In this document: positions 57,180 to 64,000 of the stretch, piece by piece
Position numbering within the stretch: position 1 is the stretch's first letter
How the letters are laid out: each line of letters begins with the position of its first letter
Assembly: GCF_036321535.1 (NCBI RefSeq)
Contig: NC_087436.1
Coordinates: 81,284,001 to 81,348,000, forward strand
Source of the DNA: Camelus dromedarius
Taxonomy: Eukaryota
Direction: 5' to 3'
DNA: 64,000 nucleotides
Position numbers and translations under genes: made by a program
Notes under the pieces: model-generated
Told to the model about the DNA's origin: nothing
Seen by the model: the letters and a program-made list of their open reading frames with translations, nothing else
Database searches by the model: none

Positions 57180-57720
57180 GTACAAGACAAGAGTCGACAC
57201 AAAGTCAGAGGAAGAAAAAAGGGGTTCGCACGGCTGCGTGGCACTCTCCCCCCTCCCCTCATTCTGCTGTGACTGCACCTGCTGCATGTGACCGGCGGCG
57301 GGCACTGGAGGCAGCCGCAGCCGCAGCCTGGTGGCGGTGAGGAGCCAGCTGCAGCCCTGCCAGCTCCCGCCCAGCTCTCATTGAGAAAAGGGGAGCAGGA
57401 GCCAGACGAGGGGGAGGAGAAGCTCCCTGCAGAGCTGCCTCCGCGGATCGGAGGAGCCTCCTGGAATGGGCATTGGACTGTTCTGACCTGGCGATTCCCT
57501 CCGCCTCGGGAGCCCCAGGAGTTTGAAGACAGAAGGGAGAAGGGAGAAGCCTGCAGAGAGCATCAAAGGATGAGGGGTGCTATAAAAGGAACAGGGGAGT
57601 TCTTTGAAAAGACTCTATCATGCACTGAAATGCTTTCTGGAGAAGGTGCCATTATTTGCCTCCCCTTTTGCTCAGATGAAAGGAGCCAGCAAGGACGGCC
57701 CTGAAGTGTCCCTGGGGGCC
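57180..57720 (+). promoter_or_regulatory. ARHGAP24: GC/CpG-enriched internal promoter and 5' end of the alternative first exon
   Basis: Abrupt switch to GC-rich sequence with retained CpGs (cggcggcggg, ccgcagccgcag, ccgcggatcgg), ~0.5-1 kb upstream of the alternative coding start. TATAAAAG at 57581-57588. The exact TSS cannot be determined. Confidence 0.75.
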
Positions 57721-58198
57721 TTGGTCATTGTTCTTCTTTCCCCTGGCGCACGGCTATTTGCTGACCTTTCCAGAGGAATCTCAGCCCCCCCCCACCCCAG
57801 TTCCAGCTGAGAAGACAGTTCTTAATAATAATAATAATAAAAAATCCTGCTGTTTGAATGGGAGGTGCAGCTTTCTTGCTGCGGTGCTTTTTGCTGTGAC
57901 ATTTTGGAATGTCTGCAGAAACTTGGAAAAAGAAAAACAAAACAAAACAAAATCTTGAAAACTGCCTGGATTAGGCAAGAGAAATGGAAGTTTTTTTTGC
58001 CAAAAAGAAGTAAATGAGAGGTGGTAACTTATCCCTGATGCAGGACCTCGATGATCAAAACCTTCAAGTTCTAGGAAACAGCACTTCCAACCTAACAAAT
58101 AAACAAACATGAGAAGGAGTGGCCGTGGGGTACCGATATCACGCAGAGGCAGGTTTTAAAGGAAGCCTGAAACTGGCTCAGAACTTTAGGCCTGTATG

Positions 58199-58310
58199 AT
58201 GCCTGAAGACCGAAATACTGGGGGGCGCCCCTCAGGTGCCTTGGCGTCAACTCCTTTCATTCCTAAAACTACATACAGAAGAATCAAACGGTGCTTTAGT
58301 TTTCGAAAAG
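58199..58310 (+). CDS. ARHGAP24: ARHGAP24 alternative first coding exon of the short, PH-less isoform (p73RhoGAP-type N-terminus)
   Basis: ATG-ATG at 58196/58199, preceded by an in-frame TAG at 58187-58189. Reads MPEDRNTGGRPSGALASTPFIPKTTYRRIKRCFSFRK plus G, then donor AG|GTAGGT (58311), phase 1. Matches my recall of the human isoform N-terminus MPEDRNSGGCPAGALASTPFIPKTTYRRIKRCFSFRK-GIFGQ. Too short to appear in the ORF track. Confidence 0.93.
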
Positions 58311-60074
58311 GTAGGTAGATGATATGTTAATGTCCTTTTTTTAAAAAAATGTACATATGTTCTCTGATGCTTTAACGTCAGTTTATGCTCAGATAACATG
58401 GGAGTTTGGCAACCAAGAGCTTAAAACTGTACAAGAATTGTTATATGTGTTTTTGCTTGTCTATACTTATTTCTTGAGGCTCATATTGATCTGTTTATTA
58501 CTGTCTGTGAAATGGCCAGGTAGGTGGGGCTTAGAGAATGGTGGTCCTATAGGGATCACCTTTACTGATGGAGAACAAGCAGGCTGGCCTGACCATGCTG
58601 AGAGGAGGGGCCAAGGCTACCTTGGGCTGGTCCCAGACCCACATCAAGCAGCCATGTTGTTCCCCCTTGAGATGAGTCCCTCGCAAATCCCTCCTCTGTG
58701 CTCCCATCACATCAGTTGGGTTCTGGCTGCCCGTGCTTGCCTCACCTCCCTGCTGAGAAAATTTTACTAATCAGGTTATCTGCAGTGACCCCTATTTGGA
58801 AGGCTTTCAATCATATTGATTAACACTGATTAGAAATAGAAGTCACCTTGAGTTTCCAAATACATCATAAGGCAGCATTGGGAGAGGTCAAAGAAGTGAA
58901 CCATCAGGAACAAGGGGTGGGAAAATACAAGTTTATGATCAATGAAAGAAACAAAGTATTTCAGATTGATCTGTGTAGAAGGAGTTAAAGGGTACAACCT
59001 AGGTAAAGTGAAGTATTTCTAGAAAATGTCTCTGTATCAAAATATTTTAAAGTGTCCCTTTGCTTTAAAATGGGAATAAACAAATCAAATGATTATCTAA
59101 ATTGGAACTAGGTAATTATAATTTTAATGTCACATACAGTAAGTTAATAATTTAATCAGTAGCTGACTTGAGTAACATTTAAGGTTGTTCCTTCTCCCTT
59201 TTCTCTTTGATTTGCCACCTATTAATTAACCTTCTCTGGTTAGTAATCAACAAAAAAGTGAGAAGAAAAGAAAAAACATGTATTTAAAGCAAGATTTAGT
59301 GAGAGCTTTTTAAAGCTAAACCTTGTTCCCTCTGAGTCTTTTCCTTTGAGCAGTTAAGATCTGGCTGTGATCATGATCCTATATTATAAACAAGGAATGC
59401 AGATGATAATTTATATTCCCCTCTCATCCAGGAAGACAATTAAATGACAGATACATGCCTCATATTATATAGATCTATAGAGATTTCCAGGCTAGTGTAA
59501 GATTGCATCATTGATAGAGAAATTGCAAAAGGCTAGGGACTACTTGCTTGAAGGACGACCCCTCTTCTGGTTCTCCCACCTCTCAGCAACTAAATTGGGT
59601 TTATCCAAACACGTAGAGAAGTCCTACTTTTCCGGGTTACTGCTCTTCATTTGTAACATAAGATCTTCTGGGGACAATTCGTTTCTCTTTGAAACACAGA
59701 GCAAAGTGGTTTTTACATTTTCCGCCTTCTCTCCTCCCAGAGTGGAGTATGGCATATCTTTGAGAATCCTGGCTAACACTGCTATTCATTATGCCCTCTT
59801 CTTCTCTCCTTAAATATCAATGAGAGAAGGCAGTGCTGCAAAAACAAAACAAACAAACAAACAAAAACTCACGGGCTGACCAGCGGCAGCCACAGGAGTG
59901 GGGCAGCTTCCATCTATCATCTCCTGTGGGCTATTTTTAAACTACTGTCCTTTCCTATGTTCCTATGCAAAGTCTTAGCAATCCGAGGAATGTTCAGCAT
60001 CCGAGTCAAGGATTAAGAGGTTTTTAATTCACCAGGCTGTATTCTGGTTTCTGTCAGAACCTCAGAACCGTATA

Positions 60075-60720
60075 GGAGAGGGGTGCAGGCAGCATTCAGC
60101 TGTTTCCGTCCCCTCGCCCTTGCTGCGGAGCCAAGGCTCGCCGGCCTCTCCGGGTCCCCGGCTGCAGGACCGCAGTTGGGCGGTGAGGCTCTGGGAGAGG
60201 AGGAGCCCTGCTGCTGCGGCTGCGAGGCCGTTTCTGTGCCGCCCCAGCGGCAGCGGGAAGCACAGGGTGTTACATCTTTATTTAAGGTCCTGCACTGAAA
60301 AGAACGAACTTTTCTTTCAACCCCGGGTTCCCAAACCGCGCTACCTTAAGAACAGAGTGTCCCCTTGTGCTTTGTTTAATCCTGAGTGCTCCAGTGGTTT
60401 AAGAAGTGGACTGGAGTTTCTGAGTTCCTACCCCCATCAGCGGAGTCGGTTCAATGAAAGCAAAAGGGAGGGTGCGTGAATCATGGAAAAGCGCCGCCGA
60501 GAAGTGAAAAATACTGAGGTGTCTGCTTTTCCTGATCCTCATTTAAAACATATTGTTAACTGTTGTCATGGGTAGGCCGACAGAAAAGGCGACTCACCAC
60601 TTCAGAAAGACTCTCAAAATGAAGAGAGGAGCTGAGTTAAAGTTTCCAGAAGCCCGGTGGTGGTGGAGCTTGCACGCTGTGCCAGCCGGAACTCGAGCCT
60701 CAGCGTTCCTTTCTCCTCCA
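60075..60720. promoter_or_regulatory. Second CpG-enriched, GC-rich patch (candidate regulatory element)
   Basis: Cluster of CpGs (ctcgccggcc, ccgggtccccggc, gcggctgcgaggccg, gcgccgccga) in otherwise CpG-poor intron, ~2 kb downstream of the alternative first exon. Confidence 0.5.
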
Positions 60721-60933
60721 GACCTCTTCTGTCCTTTTACTGCCCTTTTCATCTCTCTAGTTCTTTGTTTAGGTACTAATAAAGGTCGCTGAACAGGCTT
60801 TCCCAGTGGTTTTTAAAATCTAGGCACCGTGAAACATCTATTAGGCAGCAAACAGGATAGTGGTGCTTTGGATTTGTGTTCTGGTGAGATGAAGGTTATA
60901 ATGTGCTTTTTAATACCCTTTTAATTTTGAAAC

Positions 60934-60954
60934 TATATATATATACACACACAA

Positions 60955-61017
<63 letters not shown>

Positions 61018-61025
61018 TTTTTTTT
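60934..61025. repeat. Compound (TA)n-(CA)n-(TA)n-poly(T) microsatellite
   Basis: Read directly from the sequence. Confidence 0.95.
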
Positions 61026-61299
61026 ACTTCTGTAGACTAACATCTAGTATGCAGAGCATAAGCAGTACTTTGATTACCTGGGCGGGGGATGTATAACACT
61101 CTGGGTCCTGATGTTAATCTCTAATCAGAATATGCTACCTAGCTTAAGATTGTTGTGATCATTGGACAAACTAAAGTAAAATTTTAAGCCCTAACTTTAT
61201 CTTGTTTTGGTTTTTTTTTCCCCTGAGTTGCCTACTTCTTGGAGATAAGTCATCATTAATTCTCCACTGCTTTTTTCCCCCCCTACACTATAACCACTT

Positions 61300-61920
61300 A
61301 GTGGTCATGCCCCATTGCTTCCTTCTTTATATACGTTCAGCTCCATTTCTATTTCCATCACCTTAGTTGTCTGTGCATTTATTGCTTCATGCACACAACT
61401 TACTTTGACCTTGGAAGTGGCTCGTCAAGACAGAATCCATCCTCACCTCTTTCCACCCCCAACATTCTTCACCAGCTCCTACACACAGTTCATTGGGAAA
61501 GTATCATCCAATTGGTATTCCTGAAACAGTGCTGTCAAGCAGCATTCCACAGCTCAGAAATTTTATATGAGTCCCTATTGCTCCCAAGAGGAAATCCTGT
61601 TTCATGCAATTATCAAGGCCTTGTAACCAACTCCAGTGATTCCCAATTCCTCAGACCGGTCCACTCTTTCTCCCCAAATTCATCCCCCGTACCCCCACTT
61701 TGCTTCTATTCAGTGTCCCCTCTGCTATGATGCCTTCTCTCCTCTGTTGTCTGTCCACACTTTACACTCTCTTCAAGTCATTGTTGGCTCTCAATTATTC
61801 ATCAGTCCTCCTCTGCTCACCCATTATCCTCTTCACTCTATAGCCACTGTTTTTGATATACTGCCACCTGGCCACCTTATCTTCATAGCTATCTTCAAGT
61901 GCTTTTATATACATTTGTGA
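61300..61920 (+). mobile_element. Degenerate L2 fragment
   Basis: C/T-rich L2-like segments ('tccatttctatttccatcacc', 'tatgatgccttctctcct'). Confidence 0.4.
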
Positions 61921-62604
61921 TAAAATATATACGTGTGTGTGTGTGTGTTTATTTCTTCTCAAAGATAAGAATTACAATAGGTCTATTCAATCTGGGATTC
62001 AAAATTTATTGCAAACTGGTGAAGTACAGGATTATTCTCTTTTTCTGCTAGCTTGTAGGCAATAATGAATTAAAATAGAGTATCTTTATTGTTGTGATGG
62101 ATAAAACCAGCATTTTCTTTAAAGGTTATTTTGTATTGTGTATGTTGTGATCACATTTATGGAAATCAATCTGTTGAACAGAATGCTACCATCCGAATCT
62201 AGACACTCTTAAACAGTTCTATAAATAAGTAGCTTATTAATTTATATCTAAAATTTTACAGAGCATCTACCAAGTGATTCTAGAGATGAGAAGGCAAACA
62301 AAACAGGTTTCTTGGAATCCTTTAGTTTACGGACTCCTGGAGGATAAAAAACATAAATAATAATTACTTAATCTGTAATAAGCACTATAACAAATTATGT
62401 ATGAAGTCTAAGGTGCTTATGAATAAAAGACTGTCCATGGGCTCATCTGGAACGGCACTGATTCATCTAAACTACATGAAGTCAGATTTAGTCATTGGAT
62501 GGAAAGACATTTTCTCCTGTATGATCCTAAAAGAGTGGTCAGCATCCCAATGGAAAAAATATGTCTGAATTGAACTAACATGACATAGCAGAAAAGGAAG
62601 ACTT

Positions 62605-62780
62605 TTAGAATCATACAGACCTGTGTTTATATTCCAGATCTATCACATTCTAGATGTGTAACTCCAGCTCACTTAACATCTTTGCGTCTGTTTGTAGAAG
62701 GGAGATGTCCTTGCAGAATATCTGTGAATGTCAAATAAGAAAATACATGTAAATTGTGCGGCTTGGTACCTGGAGGTAAA
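62605..62780 (+). mobile_element. MIR SINE
   Basis: 'ttttagaatcatacagacctgtgttt...tcacttaacatct...gtgaatgtcaaataagaaaatacatgtaaa'. Confidence 0.6.
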
Positions 62781-63109
62781 CAGTGGGTATAATTACTCTG
62801 CTGTTCTAAGACCAATGCTACTGGGTCACTATTTTCACATTATTACACTTTCTTAATTTGTTAGGCTTTTCTGTTTCTCCCTCCTTCCCCATTCTGACTA
62901 CAAGGAGAGTTAAGATTTCACCAAATATTCATTGGTTATTATAGAATCTGAGCTGCTTGAATCAAAAGTTTTCTACCCATCTAAGTTTTGTTGGCTACTT
63001 AGAAAGTGTTGGTGGCAGACTGAAGTAAGCTTTGGCTGTCTCTGTTTCTTAGTTCTTTATCAAACTGAATGACTTCCATCTTGATTTGTTTATTTACCAT
63101 GGGTAAATG

Positions 63110-63527
63110 TTTATTTTTTTTAATTGAGATATAGTCAGTTTACAATATTATGGCAATTTCTGGTGTACAGCATAGTGATTCATATATATATATGAATATA
63201 TATATATGATATATATTATCCTTTTCATATTCATTTTTCATTATAAGCTACTATAAGGTATTGAATATAGTTCCCTGTGCTGGACAGTAGGACCTTACTG
63301 TTTATCTATTTTATATATAGTAGTCAGGATCTGCAAATCCTGAAGTCTCAATTTCCTCTCCACTCTCACTTCCCTGCTGGTAACCACAAGTTTGTTTTCT
63401 ATGTCTGTGAATCTGTTTCTGTTTTGTAAATAAGTTTGTTTGTCTCATTTTTTTTAGGTTCTGCATATAAGTGATATCATATGGTATTTTTCTTTCTCTT
63501 TCTGGCTTACTTTACTTAGCATGACAT
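63110..63527 (-). mobile_element. 5'-truncated L1 3' end (same family as 53105-53341)
   Basis: 'ttttaattgagatatagtcagtttacaat...ctggtgtacagcatagtgattca...ggtaaccacaagtttgttttctatgtctgtga...catataagtgatatcatatggtatttttctttctctttctggcttactt'. Confidence 0.88.
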
Positions 63528-63963
63528 TTTAATTGAAAATTATTGCAATCCTGGCGACACCAAGATTTATTCTGCTAGCAGGGTTGCATTAAGCACAAGG
63601 ATAAGTAAAAACACATTCTCTACATGGCTTAGCATGTAACCTATAGGATGGAAGGGACAGGAAACTCTGAAAAATAACTGATAGTAGAGAATTTAGGTAA
63701 CAACTGAGAAGTTGTTTAACCTCTGCCCTTTTCATCAACAAATCAAAGACAGTTTTTTTCCAGGTTTTTATAGAAATCAATGCCACAACCTGAGAACTAT
63801 TGATGTGTTTCATTTCACATTGGCATTATTCATTTATTTCCTATAATTGAGGAGGTGAAGTATTTTGTTTTAATGCACTCATTAATTCCACAAATCATTA
63901 TGGAACACGTAATCCTTACCCTCTTTGGTATGAAGTTCCAGGGAGCAGGAGATTTTGCTTATG

Positions 63964-64000
63964 TGTCTTAGTCCATTTGGGCTGCTATAACAAAATGCCA
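63964..64000 (-). mobile_element. MaLR LTR (MLT1A/MST-like) end, truncated by window edge
   Basis: 'tgtcttagtccatttgggctgctataacaaaatgcca' is a characteristic MaLR LTR terminus. Confidence 0.75.

Noticed and set aside
57288..57704. 138-aa ORF (MTGGGHWRQPQ…)
   Set aside because: It starts at GTG, lies in stop-poor GC-rich promoter/5' UTR sequence and has no recognisable domain.
58180..58195. Splice acceptor (tttAG|gcc) making the alternative exon an internal cassette
   Set aside because: The polypyrimidine tract is poor, and the upstream GC-rich promoter explains the exon better as a first exon. It cannot be excluded without RNA data.
61074..61095. U1 snRNA-like 5' fragment (ttacctgggcgggggat)
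   Set aside because: The match is too short and gapped, with no continuation and no TSD.
1..64000. A novel multi-gene or prokaryote-style system (operon, CRISPR array, defence island)
   Set aside because: The sequence is a mammalian intron with decayed repeats. There are no long ORFs, no regularly spaced repeat-spacer array and no gene clustering.

Overview
This is AT-rich, CpG-depleted mammalian genomic DNA from inside the ARHGAP24 (FilGAP / p73RhoGAP) gene, which lies on the + strand. About 51 kb of a long intron is followed by a 123-bp internal coding exon (51159-51281) encoding the C-terminal part of the PH domain ([41 protein letters not shown]). Next comes a GC-rich internal promoter and alternative first exon (~57.2-58.3 kb). 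Its coding part (58199-58310, MPEDRNTGGRPSGALASTPFIPKTTYRRIKRCFSFRK-G) is the distinct N-terminus of the short, PH-less isoform. The rest is intron with old eutherian repeats (L2, MIR, hAT/MER DNA elements, ERV LTRs, L1 3' ends) and microsatellites. I saw no Alu, B1/B2, SINEC, Bov-A/Bov-tA or PRE1 SINEs. The younger L1 3' ends look cetartiodactyl-type, possibly camelid; this is an inference. I found no evidence for a novel multi-gene system, and nearly all ORFs in the track are spurious. The most interesting small-scale items are a tailless 5'-half tRNA-Ile(AAT) retrocopy with a 20-bp target-site duplication, a MARCKS-like basic/aromatic motif in the short-isoform N-terminus, an Arg-rich uORF just upstream of that start, and an ETS/FOX motif cluster in the intron. 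Gene and repeat names come from my recall of known sequences, not from a database search, and repeat boundaries are approximate.
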